This document shows, one piece after another, positions 31,479 to 43,512 of a stretch of 64,000 bases of DNA; the first letter of the stretch is position 1; every line of letters begins with the position of its first letter. Source of the DNA: an uncultured Pseudomonadota bacterium. GTDB taxonomy: Bacteria; Oederibacteriota; Muellerivitia; Muellerivitales; Muellerivitaceae. Where the stretch lies: positions 576,001 to 640,000 of the forward strand of contig CAWIIP010000004.1 of NCBI GenBank assembly GCA_963836235.1, read 5' to 3'. A model generated the notes under the pieces. That model had not been told where the DNA came from and searched no databases. It saw only the letters and a program-made list of their open reading frames with translations. The translations under genes and the position numbers were made by a program.

Positions 31479-33103
31479 ATGGAAACCGTCCCTATATCCC
31501 AGGCCGTCGTGAAGATCCCCCTGGACCAAATCCTGGTCGTCCCGGAAGACAACCCCCGGGGCGCCTATTCCCGGCAGGAATTGGAGGAGATGGTCGCGTC
31601 CCTCAAGCTGGGGGGCCAGCAGGTGCCCATCCTCCTTCGGCCCCGCGCGCAAGAAGAGATATCCCAAGCCCATCCGGATAAGCCTTACAAGCTGGTGGGG
31701 GGCTACCTGCGGGTGGCCGCCGCGCCCCTGGCGGGTCTGACGGCCCTGGATGCCATCGCCGGCCTATGACCCCCCGGCTGGCCCGGAAAGCCGCCATCCT
31801 GGATAACGTCCGCAAAGATATGAATTGGCTGGCCTGGGGTGAGGCCGCCGAAAGCCTATTGGCGGACGACCCCGACATGACCATCCAGGACGCCGCCGAT
31901 CTTATTGGGCAAAACCGTACCAAGGTCAGCCGGGTCCAAAAGCTTTTAAAGGTCTTAAGCAAGCCGGCCCGGGATGCCATTCGTGCAAATTGCACGACCC
32001 CCGGGGGTTACCCCCTGCCAGAGTCCTGTGGTTTATGCCTGGGCGACCTGGCTAACGGCGGCCAGGGGGATCAAGACCTCATTGAACGGGCCGTAAAAGT
32101 GGCCCTCGCCAGGCGGATGAAGCTGGAAAAAGTTCAAAAGCTGGTGGATTGGGTGAAGAAGGGGGGCCAGCCCGAAGATTTTGGGGCCAAAGAGCCCAAA
32201 GACACCCCCGAGGATCCCATGGCGGCTCATTGGCCCCAGTTGGGACCGGGGTTCAAGGTCAAATATAAGAGAGGGGGAGGTTATGAGGTTCGCATGTCCA
32301 TCCCGGACGGCCAACAGGCCTGGAACGCCGCCATGGCCGCCAAGCAATCTCTCCAAGGCCAGGCTCAGGGGATCGGTTCCTCAGTCATAGCCCCTTTACC
32401 CCCCATAGCTTCAGCGAAGGGGGGTAACCCGGCTTCCGGTTGGTTTGGGGAATTGGTCGGCGGAATCCTTTGGAAGGAAGTCAAAAGTAACGCCAGCCAG
32501 GCCTTTCACCGGGTGTTCCCCCGACCGCCCCGTTGGTACCACTTTCTCATGGCCAAATTCCAAAAGCTGGAGCCGAAAAACCAGGTTTGGGCCACCTTCA
32601 TCACCCTGTTCCTCATCCTCATGGCGGGGAGCTTTCTGATAAGTATGGCCACCCGGCTTTTGACCCGCTTGGCCTATGAGATTGTCTACTCCCACCTGTC
32701 CGCTGACCCTTACCTGTCCATTGGGCACAAGCCAATGGACGAGCCTGGGTTATCCCGGATCGAGGTGCCGTCCGAAGGAAAGGCGCCAAAAGGCGATCCG
32801 GGGCAAGCCGGAGGACAAGCTGGGGTGTCTGGGGACAGGCACCTTGCGCCGAGCCAAGGTGCCGAAGGTAACGGAGGCACTCAAGTGGGCTCGGCACCCA
32901 GCCCGCCGGTTACTCAGGCGGGGATAGTGCCAACCCCACCTTCCGCTTTGATTTCGAAACCAAAAGCCCAAGTTAGCGCTGCTAAGCCAGTGACTGTTTA
33001 TGTGCCAGCCCCAACCCAAAAGGTGGATGAAACGGGTAAGATTATTGGGCAAGCGGTCACGACAATGGCGGGCGACGCGGCCAAAAATTTTTTGGGTTTT
33101 TAG
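31479..33103 (+). pseudogene. ParB/Spo0J-like protein with HTH and C-terminal TM segment, split by a 1-bp frameshift near 31760 (real or sequencing error)
   Basis: NPRGAY..LEEMVASLKLGGQQVPILLRP..YKLVGGYLR (ParB N-domain); adding one C gives AIARPMTPRLARKAAILDNVRKDMN; HTH TIQDAADLIGQNRTKVSR; TM VWATFITLFLILMAGSFLI. Confidence 0.7.
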
Positions 33104-33559
33104 AGAGGCTTTGTTTGGCGCGTCTTAAGGACTTTATTTTGAGGGCGGGGGGAAGGATTAGAATCAGAACGCCTCAAGAGGGCTTGGCACGAAATGGAAA
33201 ATGGAGGCCAGGCGCCTTTTTTGGCAAATCATTCCATAAATATGGTGCTTTAAAATATGTTCAAACGTTCGTTTCTTAAAAGGCAGTTTAATAGAATTTT
33301 AACGTCGAAAAAATATTGAGTGGACGATGAGTTGGAAACGAGATTTCGGGTCTGGGGTTTGTAATTCTTAAACGATGTTGGGGCAATTGAAGAAAACTGG
33401 GCGATCGGCCATGGAAAAATATACTAATGATGAAGTCAAAAATTTAGAACTCAAACTGGGTGATTGTCTTTACTCGTTGAACCGGCGAACATTTTTTTTG
33501 GTTGAAATGGAGTCCCGGTTAAAAACTGATGCCTCTGAAGCTTATAAGTTCTTATTTAG

Positions 33560-35262
33560 CCCGGATTTCCCAGATGAGATTTCTATTCGAGTATAATAAG
33601 ACATCGTTTGGCCATATAAACAAAGGTTTTTCTTCAAATCAGAGGCCTTGCGAGGGGGAAATGCAATGGGTGAAAGCCGCAAAGACGCTCTTCGAGTGGT
33701 TTTTGATCCTGGTCTCAAACTGGAATTCCACGGCGCAAAAGTAACTTCCGACGGTGGATTGATCCCCTATCGCGAACTCGACGAATTATTAGGTTTGACT
33801 GACAGAACAGAAAATCTCCTGTGGGATCGACGGACCGGCAAGAATACGCAACATACGATGACGGCACTTCTTCGCCAATCCATCTACAGCCGCTTGGCCG
33901 GTTACGAGGATACCAACGACGCAGAGCGCTTGAGTGTTGATCCGGCGATGCGTCATGTGATTGGAGGGCGGGCCAGGGTAAAACAAGCGGCTTCCACCAG
34001 CCAGATGGGACGTTTCGAAACGGAAGTTCTCACCCAGCCGAAGAATTTGACCGGCCTGATTGACCTAGCGGGAAAATGGATCGATGGAGTCCATGAAAAA
34101 AAGCCCATCCAGCAGATCATTCTCGACATGGATAGCTCCGTGAGTGAGACCTACGGAGACCAGGAAGGTTCCTTGTACAACGGCTACTTCGGCTGTACCT
34201 GTTATCACCCACTGTTCTGCTTCAACCAGTTCGGCGATTTGGAACGGGCGATGTTGCGCAACGGCAACGTTGCCAGTGCCCATGAATGGCGTTCGGTTCT
34301 TGAACCGGTAGTTGCCCGCTACCGGGGTCTTTCCATCAGCCGGTTTTTCCGGGGTGACGCGGCCTTCGCCCGTCAGGAACTATACGAGTACCTGGAAGAC
34401 GAAGGATACCTTTACGCGATCCGCCAACCCGCTAATGACGTGCTGCAACGGGAAATTGAGCCATTTTTAACCCGTCCCGTGGGCCGACCTTCCTACAAGC
34501 CTGTCATCCGGTATCACAGCTTCCAATACCAAGCCGTCAGTTGGGATACACCCCGCCGCGTGGTGGCGAAAATAGAACACCACCATGGCGAGCTTTTCCC
34601 GAGGGTTGGTTTCATCGTGACGAACATGCGTCGACCGGCTCCTCAGGTGGTGAGGTTCTACAACGGGCGAGGCACGGCTGAGCAGTGGATCAAGGAGGGG
34701 AAGTACGCAATGAAGTGGACAAGACTAAGTTGCCACGACTTCGCGGACAATCAAGTAAGGTTGCAACTATTCGCCCTGGCCTACAATATGGGCAACTTCC
34801 TGCGCCGACTGGCCCTGCCAGAAATGGTGAAGCATTGGTCCCTGACGACCTTGCGGGAAAAACTCATCAAGATCGGGGCCAATGTTATCCGACATTCGCG
34901 GTACGTGGTTTTTCAGATGGCCGAGGTGATGGTTTCCCGACGCCTGCTTGCTGAAATCCTTAATCGGATACGGCTATTGGCGATGGTAAGGCCGCGAGCA
35001 CCAGTACTGCGATAACCGCAGGAACGCTTCATGGCTGCAACCCGATCAACTATCGTTGGATAAGTGTGCGCTCACAACGAGAATAGGTTTTCCGAAAGGT
35101 CATTTTCAGGTTTTTTGGGCACAGAAATCTTTTCCGGGGCTCATTCAACCGGTCCTGGGCCGATAAATTCTGAATTTTGATGGAAGAAGCGGGGGGGGGC
35201 AGTAAAATGAACAACAAATCACCCGGCGAAGTGGTCGGGGAAGGTCATCTGGGAAATCCCGG
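33560..35262 (+). mobile_element. IS1380-family insertion sequence
   Basis: 18-bp terminal inverted repeats CCCGGATTTCCCAGATGA (33560-33577) and TCATCTGGGAAATCCCGG (35245-35262), 17/18 match; flanks TTAG and TTAA. Confidence 0.9.
33666..35015 (+). CDS. IS1380-family DDE transposase
   Basis: VTSDGGL, LAGYEDTNDA, ILDMDSS, YHPLFCF, RGDAAF, FYNGRGTAEQWIKEGK, TLREKLIKIGA. Confidence 0.95.
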   Translation: MGESRKDALRVVFDPGLKLEFHGAKVTSDGGLIPYRELDELLGLTDRTENLLWDRRTGKNTQHTMTALLRQSIYSRLAGYEDTNDAERLSVDPAMRHVIGGRARVKQAASTSQMGRFETEVLTQPKNLTGLIDLAGKWIDGVHEKKPIQQIILDMDSSVSETYGDQEGSLYNGYFGCTCYHPLFCFNQFGDLERAMLRNGNVASAHEWRSVLEPVVARYRGLSISRFFRGDAAFARQELYEYLEDEGYLYAIRQPANDVLQREIEPFLTRPVGRPSYKPVIRYHSFQYQAVSWDTPRRVVAKIEHHHGELFPRVGFIVTNMRRPAPQVVRFYNGRGTAEQWIKEGKYAMKWTRLSCHDFADNQVRLQLFALAYNMGNFLRRLALPEMVKHWSLTTLREKLIKIGANVIRHSRYVVFQMAEVMVSRRLLAEILNRIRLLAMVRPRAPVLR

Positions 35263-35291
35263 TTAATAACCTTGTTTTAACGAAGGCTCTT

Positions 35292-35309
35292 CCGTAACAG
35301 GTGTTACGG
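35292..35309. promoter_or_regulatory. Palindromic putative operator upstream of the autotransporter
   Basis: CCGTAACA-GG-TGTTACGG (perfect 8-bp arms). Confidence 0.4.
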
Positions 35310-35451
35310 GGACATTGTTTTTAAGAAGATTATTGAAATACCAACCCGGACCCAACTAGACTTTCGTCAAGTTGAACAGGGCTGCTGACACGGTCCAGTG
35401 CCGACATCCAGGTTTCTTGTTGGGCTTTTGGACTTAACCGGAGTGCTTGAT

Positions 35452-38400
35452 ATGCGCCGCAACCCGAAAACCGACCGTCTCTTTTTCGCCGTTCTTTTAT
35501 TTTCAGCTTTATTCACTCCTTACATTCTTTTCGCCCAGGCCGCTCCCATTACGGTCAACAGTACCGACGGTGGCATTGTGGCGACCTCCTTCGCGACCGC
35601 CTTTAACGATATCAACGCCCAAAACGGTGGCGGGACTATACAACTCGGTATTTCCAATGGCAGTTCCATCGTAGAAAGCCTTCAATGGGCCCCCGTTACG
35701 CAAAACCTCACTCTCTTGGGCCCCATCACCATCGAAACGGCGGGGAATAATTTAAATGGGGAAAGTTTCCTTAGCTTCACTAACCTGACCCTTGGGCCTG
35801 GCCTTAATTTCACCTTCTCCAACATTGATCCTTCCACCAATGGCAATCCCCAAAACGTCAACAGTGACGGCGCCTATCTCACTTTGAACAACTTGACCCT
35901 TCAGAATGGGTCGGCCTTCGGCGTAACCTTCGTTCAGGGCGCAACGGGCCAAACCCAAAACACGGGGGCCTATGGTGGTGACGCCTGGTTGACGGTGGGG
36001 GGGAACGTGATCATGGGGCAAAATACCGCCCTTTACGACATCGCCGGGCAAGGTGGAGCGGGCGGGTTGAACGGTGGGACCGGAGGCAATGGTGGTAACG
36101 CGGGCGTGAGTATCGGGATGATCGCAGAGGGCGCAGGCAGCTCGGTGAGCTTTTCCGCAGGGAGCGGCGGTGCTGGGGCTTCCGGAGCGGGAGCGGACAA
36201 CGGCGGCAATGCGGGCTCGGTGGCCGTCACCTTGGGTTCCTTGAACATGACCGGTTCCACTTTTCTAGCGGCGGGCGGCACCGGTGGAAGCGGCGGCACC
36301 GGACCGGACGGTAATTCGCCCTCCGGCACCAACGGCAATTCCGGAGGCTCCGCGAATCCAGGAGGGAACGGTGGAAACGGCGGGAACGCTTCCGTGACAT
36401 TGTCGGGTTCCGTTACGGGTGCGGGCGCGGGAGTGACTTTAGAAGTCATCAGCGGCGCGGGCGGCATCGGCGGCCAAGGCGGGGGCGGCGGAAACGGGGA
36501 TTCGGGCGACGGGCCGCTTAACGCCCATCCTGGTTCTCCCGGCGGCAACGGCGGTGGCGCGGGCGCGGGTGGGAACGGGGGCTCGGGCGGCAACGCCAGT
36601 TTGACCGCTTCTTTCATTAATGTTAATTCCAATAATTCCTATTTTCTCGTCCAAGGCGGCGATGGCGGAAACGGGGGCCAGGGTGGCAACGGTGGCTCGG
36701 GAGGGATCGGCGGCGGCGGCAGCGGCAACAGTGGAGGGTCCGGCGGTAGCGCCACCGGCGGCGCGTCGGGTGGAGAGGGCGGCGAGGGTGGTAACGCCAG
36801 TTTGACGGCTTCTTCCGTCACCGTGGATTCCAGCAATGTTACTTTCCTGGTCCAAGGCGGCAATGGCGGCGACGGCGGCGACGGTGGGGCTGGAGGCTCG
36901 GGTGGGCCGGGCGGCAACGGCAGTGACGGAAGCGGGGGAATTCATAACGGTACACCGGGCGGCTTGGGTGGCAATGGCGCCGACGGCGGGATGGGTGGAT
37001 ATGGAGCTCAGGCCGGAAACGCTTCGGTCAGTTTGGGATCTTTAACCCTGACGGGTTCAAACGACAGTTTCTCCGTGATCGGGGGCAATGGCGGCAATGC
37101 CGCACCAAGCGGCAACGGCGGAAACGCGGCCTCGGGCGGGTCGGGAGGCAACGCCGAAAATGAAACCACCGAAGACGGCGGTTATTCGGCGAATGCCGGT
37201 ACCGCGGGCAGCGGCGGCAACGGCCAGGCTGGCGGCAACGGCGGCAGCGCCTTAGTCACCATCGGGTCCATTACCCTGGGTTCGGCGGGGGTCACCACTG
37301 ATACCCTTTTCAGCGTTGCGGGGGGGGAACGGCGGATCCGATGGAAATGCCGGGCAGGGTGGGGAGGGTTTAGTCTCCGGGGGGAACGCGGGAGAGAACG
37401 GCAATACCGCAGACAATGGCTTTTTGGGCGGCAACGCCGGTAACGCAGGGGCCGGGGGAAACGTGCAGGGTGACGGCGCCTATGGCTTGGGGGGGAATGC
37501 CTCGGTGGTTTCCTCGGCGACGACCCTTTACGCGGGAGCCCAATTTGACGTCCAAGGCGGCAACGGAGGAGTGGCCAGCACCCTGGTCGGCGGCGCGACG
37601 GAAATGGTCAGCGGCGGCAACGGCGGCAGTTCCGGCACGGGTGGTACCGGTGGTTACGGGGGGGCGGTTGAGGGAGCCCAAACGGGCGGCAATGCCGGCA
37701 ATGGAGGATCGGTCCAAAACGGGGCAGCGGGTGGGCTGGGAAGCGCGGGTGGAAACGCTGGCGTTTCCATCGGAAACTTGTGGATGGATTCATCGGTTAC
37801 TTTCAGCGTCATCGGCGGCGATGGCGGTTGGGGCGGTACCGGTGGGTCGGGCGGTTATGGCGGCACCGGTGGGGGCGGGAGCCAGGGATATAACGCCGGG
37901 GGCGCGGCGGCCGGAGTCAACGGGGCTTCCGGGGGATTAGGCGGCAACGGCGGCAACGGCGGTTCGGCGGAAGCGACGATAGGCCAATTCATCCTGGGAG
38001 ATGCCTCCTCTTTCACTTTGCGGGGCGGCCTCGGGGGAAGCGGCGGCGGCGGCGGTAACGGCGGTAATGGCGGCGGCGGTGGTAACGGCGGTAATGCGTT
38101 TGGAACTTTTGGTCAGGCTACGGCGGGATCCTGGGGTGGCGATGGCGGCACCGGCGGGGGCGGGGGTGACGGGGGCAACGGCGGCGACGCGGCTTTAACC
38201 GTTTCGGGGCTTCTCTCCCTCTCTAAGGGGGATGGGCTGATGGTATTGGGTGGCGACGGCGGCGGAGGTGGTAACGGGAAAAACGGCGGTATTGGGGGCA
38301 ACGGCGGCAACGGGGGAAACACCCCAGGCGATTTCACCGGTGCCGCCGGCGGTAACGGTGGCAGCGGGGGTTACGCCGGAGCGGGTGGTTTTGGCGGCAA

Positions 38401-41400
38401 TGGCGGGAACGCCTCTGTTTCCGCGCTGTCCTTGATCATGGCCAATGGAGGAGCCACTTTTCTTATCCAAGGCGGTGACGGCGGCGGCGGTGGCGCGGGC
38501 GGATTGGGCGGCGATGGAGGCCAGGCGGGAGCAGGTGGTGGAAGCAATAGCGGCGTGGGAGGTTCGGGCGCGAACGGAGGATCGGGAACCGCTCCAGCGG
38601 CCGGCATAACGGCCGGTTTCGGAGGTTTCGGAGGTTTCGGAGGCGCGGCTGGAAGCGCAGACTTGGCCCTGGGTTCCGCTTCCGTTGGAGTCGGCGACCT
38701 TTTGGCCGTGGTCGGCGGCACTGGAGGCAGTGGCGGTGTTGGGGGGATCGGCGTGACCGCCGCCAATGGCGGCAATGGGCCCGGAGACAACAGCAATGGC
38801 GGCAACGGCGGTACGGGTGGTTCGGGAGGGATGGGCGGTTTTGGGGGAATACCCACCGTCCTTTCCAATGGACAAACCATCATCCTTTCCGGAGGGGATG
38901 CCGCCCTTTCCGTGGCGGGTGCGCTGGATTTAGCCTCCGGGGCAGCGGTGAGCGTTGCGGGCGGCACGGGGGGCAATGCCAGTACGGGAGGAAACGCTGG
39001 TCCCGGCGGCAATGGGGGCAATTCGGGGAATAACGACATTACGGGAATCCCTTACGGCTCCGGCGGCTCCGGCGGTGCGGGTGGTGCCGGTGGGGTTGGG
39101 GGAATAGGGGGCGCCGGTGGAAGCGCCGCAGTGACCGTGGGTTCGATCCAAATGGCCGCGGGTGCCACTTTCACCATTGCGGGCGGCGTGGGCGGTGGGG
39201 GCGGAAACAGCGGCATTGGCGGCGCAGGGGGGCTCGAGGGTGGAAGCAGCACTCCCCCAACCGACAGCGGATTGGGATCCCAATGGTATGGCCCTATGCT
39301 TTCTTTCCTTTTAAACGCCGCCTCCACGGGTTACGGCATCGGGGACGCAAGCGCTATCGAAGCGGGCCTCCAAGTGGCCGCGAATTTGGCCTTGAACAGT
39401 ACTAATAACAGTAACAACCCCAATATTCCCCCGGGACCCGGGGCCGCGGGTCAACTCCTAGGTGGAGGATTTGGGGGCGATGGCGGCTCGGCTTTTCTGG
39501 CGGTCACCACCCTTGATGCCTCCTCCAATGATCTCCTGTCGGTTCTGGGCGGGGCGGGCGCGATCGGCGGTTCGGGCGCGGACGGCGGCACGGTTACGAT
39601 CAGCGGCACCGTTTACACCGCCATGCAGGGGCCCGGGGGAGGCGGAGGAAACGGCGGCGCGGCTGGGGTGAGCATCGAAGGTCTTCAGCTCGGCGCAGGG
39701 TCGGTTCTTAGCGTGGCGGGCGGGGTCGGGGGCGACGGGGCAGCCGGTTTTAAGAATGTCAACGGAAGCAGCGGGCTGGGCGGGGGGGAGGCACCGGCGG
39801 CGACGTGGATGTAACCATTGGATCATCCCTCTTGACCAACGCCGGCTTATGGGTGACTTCGGGCCAGGGCGGCGATGGCGGTTCCGCCGGCAACGGCGGC
39901 ATGGGCGGGAACGCACAGGTCATATTGGGTTCCTTGGCTGCATCCTCAGGCTCAACCATCCAGGCCGCCGGGGGTCAGGGAGGCAACGGGTTCACCGTGG
40001 GCAGCGGGGCCGACGGAGGCGGAGCCCTTTTCCAATCCGGGGCCGTCACTCTTTCCTCATCGGCTTTGCAAATATTGGGTGGTAATGGCGGGGACGCCAC
40101 CCAGAACCTGGGCGGGATCAACGGCGGAAACGGGGGAGTCGCTTCGGCCACCCTGGAATCCCTCATGGCCGATTCCAATTCTTCCCTTTGGGTTGTGGGC
40201 GGGTCGGGTGGAACGGCCTACCAGGAAAGCACGGGTGGTACGGGCGGCATCGGCGCTGGGGCCACCCTGGTGGTGACGGGAAACCTTGACTCCAGTGGTT
40301 CGGTCAGCGTGGCGGGCGGGAATGGAAATATCAGCGGCGGCACCACTATCGGCAGCGCTGGCGGCACGGGCTTCTTGGATGTAGGGGGTGAGGAAAACGT
40401 CGGTGGCGCGGTAATCGTGGAAGGGGGCGCCGGTGGAGCGGGTGGCGGTGGAACACCTGTCAGCTTGCAAGGCGGTTCCGGTGGAAACGGTGGAAGGGCC
40501 CTAGTCAATGTGGGGTCCATGGTGATGCTCCAGCAGGGGAGCTTGAATGTCATTGGAAACGCCGGAGGCGCGGGAGTTTCCGGAAGCACCGGAGGCACCG
40601 GGGGTTCGGCGGACTTTCGGCCGGTTCGGTGAGCCTCACGGCTTCCGGCCTTGCCATTACCCTCCAGGGCGGCCAAGGCGGGATCGGTGGGGATGGAACC
40701 CATAACGGAAGCGTGACGATCGCCCCCGCGGCTGGGGGCCAGGGAGGTAACGCGCAGGCAACTTTGGGGTCCCTTTTTATGTCCGCCGGGGACAGACTCT
40801 TTGTAGAGGCCGGCTCGGGGAACATAGGAGGCTTGGGGAATAATACCGGTTATTTGGACGCCGTGCCGGGAGCTAACGGAAACGCGAGCGTCTCGATTGG
40901 TTCTTTGAACGGGTCGGGAACCGTGACGATGTGGGGAAACAACCTTTCGCTTCAGGTGCAGAGCGGCTATTTCAGCGGGGTGATCGCGGGCAATGAGGTT
41001 ATTGAAGTCGGCGGCGGGGCGCTGACTTTAGCCGGTGCCAATACTTATAGCGGCGGAACCACGCTGGAAAACGGGATACTGGGTCTGGGGAACAACAACG
41101 CCCTGGGCACGGGCAACGTGATGGTTTTAGGCGGAACCTTGGCGGTCGTTTCGCCGTTGGCGGTGACGGTTGGAGGGAATTATACGCAAGCGGCCGGGGC
41201 GACCCTTCAACTGAATTTGACCGGCGCGGTTCCGGGCGGCTGGGACGGCCTAAGAGTGGCCGGTACGGCGGATTTGGGCGGGAACTTGCAATTGGTTTCC
41301 GGCAACGGGGCAATCTTCCAGGCCCATGGCCTGGAGACCTTCTATATCTTGTCCGCGGGTACGACGGTCAGCGGGACTTTCGCCGGGCTGGTGGATGGGA

Positions 41401-42629
41401 TTTCGGCTAATTCTGTGTCGCTGGTTTACCAATCCAACAATGAAGTGCTGTTGGAGTTAACGGGCCCGAGCTTCCAATCTTTAGGTTCGACTTCCAACCA
41501 GCAGGCGCTGGGCGGGGCACTCGACGAGCTAAACAAGAAAGGGGGCAACCCGAACCTGTTAGGCGCGCTGGATACGGCGGTGAACGCGTCGCTTCCGGGA
41601 ATCTATAATCAAATCTCGCCCGCTAATTTGACCCCCCTGTACCAGATGGGCTTTGCCACCGCCCAAGCCGAGGCGGGAATGGTAAACCAAAGATTGTTCC
41701 AATTGTTCGGTAACCCCGGGTCCGAATCCAACGACCTTTCCTGGAACGGGGAGGGTCCCCGGTTCGCGGCCAACGTACCGGCTTCCCAAGAAGCGGGAAT
41801 GGCCCGGGACCTTCAGCCCCAGCATTGGAGCGCATTCGTCAACGGCATGGGGAATTTCGGCACCATCACTGGCGACTCAAACGCACCAGGCTACCAATAT
41901 TCCATCGGCGGCATGACTGCCGGCCTGGATTACCGCTTCTCTAAAAACTTGGCTGGCGGATTGCTGTTCGGATACAGCCAGTCGGGCACCAGCCAATCCA
42001 CCGGTACAGTGAACGCGACGGGAGGGCAAGTGGGACTTTACGGAGGATTAAAAGAAGGACAGCTACATCTGGAAGCCTTGGCCGAGGGCGGAGTCAACAA
42101 CTACACCACCCAACGCGACGCCCTGGGCGGCACGGCAACGGGAAGCACCCGGGGTCAGATGGTTTCGGTCCAGCTGGGCGCCGGTTACGATTGGAAAGTG
42201 GATCAATTGAAGGTGGGGCCCTTTGCCTCAGGCCAGTACACGAATGTGAATATCAACGCTTTCAACGAATCAGGTTCCATGGCGCCATTGAGTTTCGGAG
42301 CGCAGGGTGAAGGCTATTTGACCAGCGACCTGGGGGCGGCGGCCAGCCGCAACTGGGATTTGGGCGGCATCCGCTTATCACCCTCCCTCAGCGTGGCCTG
42401 GGAGCATGTGTACCAGGGCAACCTGGACAGCCTGGACGCCAGCCTGGGCGGCGGGGGCAACTTCACCGTAAGCGGCCCGCAAACGGGAACCAACGCGGCG
42501 GTAATCGGGGCCGGGCTAAACGCCGGGTTCGCGAAGGGCCTGAACGCCTTTGTCCAATACCAGGGCAAGGTGGGCCTAGCCGACTACGCGGAACAAAATC
42601 TCTCAGGCGGTATCAACGTCGGGTTTTAA
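35452..42629 (+). pseudogene. Type Va autotransporter with a very large Gly-rich (GGNGG) passenger, ~2392 aa when repaired; split into four ORFs by three homopolymer indels
   Basis: Signal peptide; GGxGG tracts alternating with beta-strands; GALTLAGANTYSGGTTLENG passenger repeat; barrel ending GGINVGF. Extra G near 37321, missing G near 39782 and missing T near 40616; repair gives 7179 nt in frame. Confidence 0.85.
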
Positions 42630-42731
42630 CCTATCGCTTTTCTAATTCCGAGTTCAACCCCGCTTTTCCCGCTATTGTTTTCTCCGCCAACCTTTACCTA
42701 TATTGAACCCATCCTTCCAATGAGGTGAATT

Positions 42732-43162
42732 ATGAACGTCAATGAACAAGAAATGGTAGAGCTCTTCAAAAAGGCCAAAACGGTCGCGGTGGAGGGTATG
42801 CAGGACGAAAGTAAGATGGACCGAGCGGCCTACCAAATCCCCGCCCTGCTCCAGGAAAGGGGGATCAAACTTTACCCCGTGAATCCCAAAATCCAATCGT
42901 CGCTTGGTGAAAAAGCCTACGCGGCGATCGCGGATGTGCCGGTGAAGGTGGACATCCTGGATGTTTTCCGCAGGCCCGACGTGATACCCGCCTTGGCGGA
43001 GGAAATCCTCGCCCTGCCCGAGGAAAAGCGCCCCAAAGTGGTCTGGCTGCAGACCGGCATCACCATCCGGAAGCCGAAGCGAAACTGGAAAAAGCGGGGA
43101 TCAAGGTGGTCTCGGACGCCTGCTTGGGGGTTATTGCTTCCCGTGTAAGACCGAAACAATAA
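42732..43162 (+). pseudogene. CoA-binding protein (YccU-like) with a 1-bp frameshift near 43063
   Basis: KLYPVNPK..VDILDVFRRP..VVWLQTGI; adding one C restores THPEAEAKLEKAGIKVVSDACLGV..*. Confidence 0.8.
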
Positions 43163-43166
43163 ACTT

Positions 43167-43249
43167 AACCACGAAGACACTAAGCCGCTAAGAAAATCTA
43201 AATTCAAAAAATTTTTTGCTTACCTTGGTGTCTAATCGTCTTTTTGGTT
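43167..43249. repeat. REP-like imperfect palindromic element
   Basis: AACCACGAAGACACTAAGCCGCTAAG and CTTGGTGTCTAATCGTCTTTTTGGTT are 18/26 inverted, with 8-nt internal periodicity. Confidence 0.5.
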
Positions 43250-43272
43250 CAAGTTACTTTTATATATTTTGG

Positions 43273-43512
43273 ATGAATATGAATTTACGATTTGAAATCC
43301 TTTTGGGCGATATCACCCAACAAAAAGCCGATGCCATCGTGAACGCGGCCAATGAATCCTTGCTCGGCGGCGGGGGAGTGGACGGCGCCATTCACCGGGT
43401 CGCGGGGCCCGAACTGCTGGCCGAATGCCGAACACTCGGCGGTTGCCCGACCGGGCAGGCCAAGATCACGAAGGGCTACCGGCTTCCCGCCAAATGGGTG
43501 ATTCACATTTAA
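43273..43512 (+). pseudogene. 3'-truncated macrodomain O-acetyl-ADP-ribose deacetylase (YmdB-like)
   Basis: [42 protein letters not shown], then stop; expected TVGP motif and C-terminal half absent. Confidence 0.85.

Noticed and set aside
37316-40632. Programmed ribosomal frameshifting joining the autotransporter fragments
   Set aside because: Three shifts in mixed directions at plain homopolymers, with no canonical slippery heptamer seen; sequencing error or slippage mutation is simpler
36033-40825. Many Pro-rich minus-strand and alternate-frame ORFs
   Set aside because: Shadows of GC-rich glycine codons in the autotransporter
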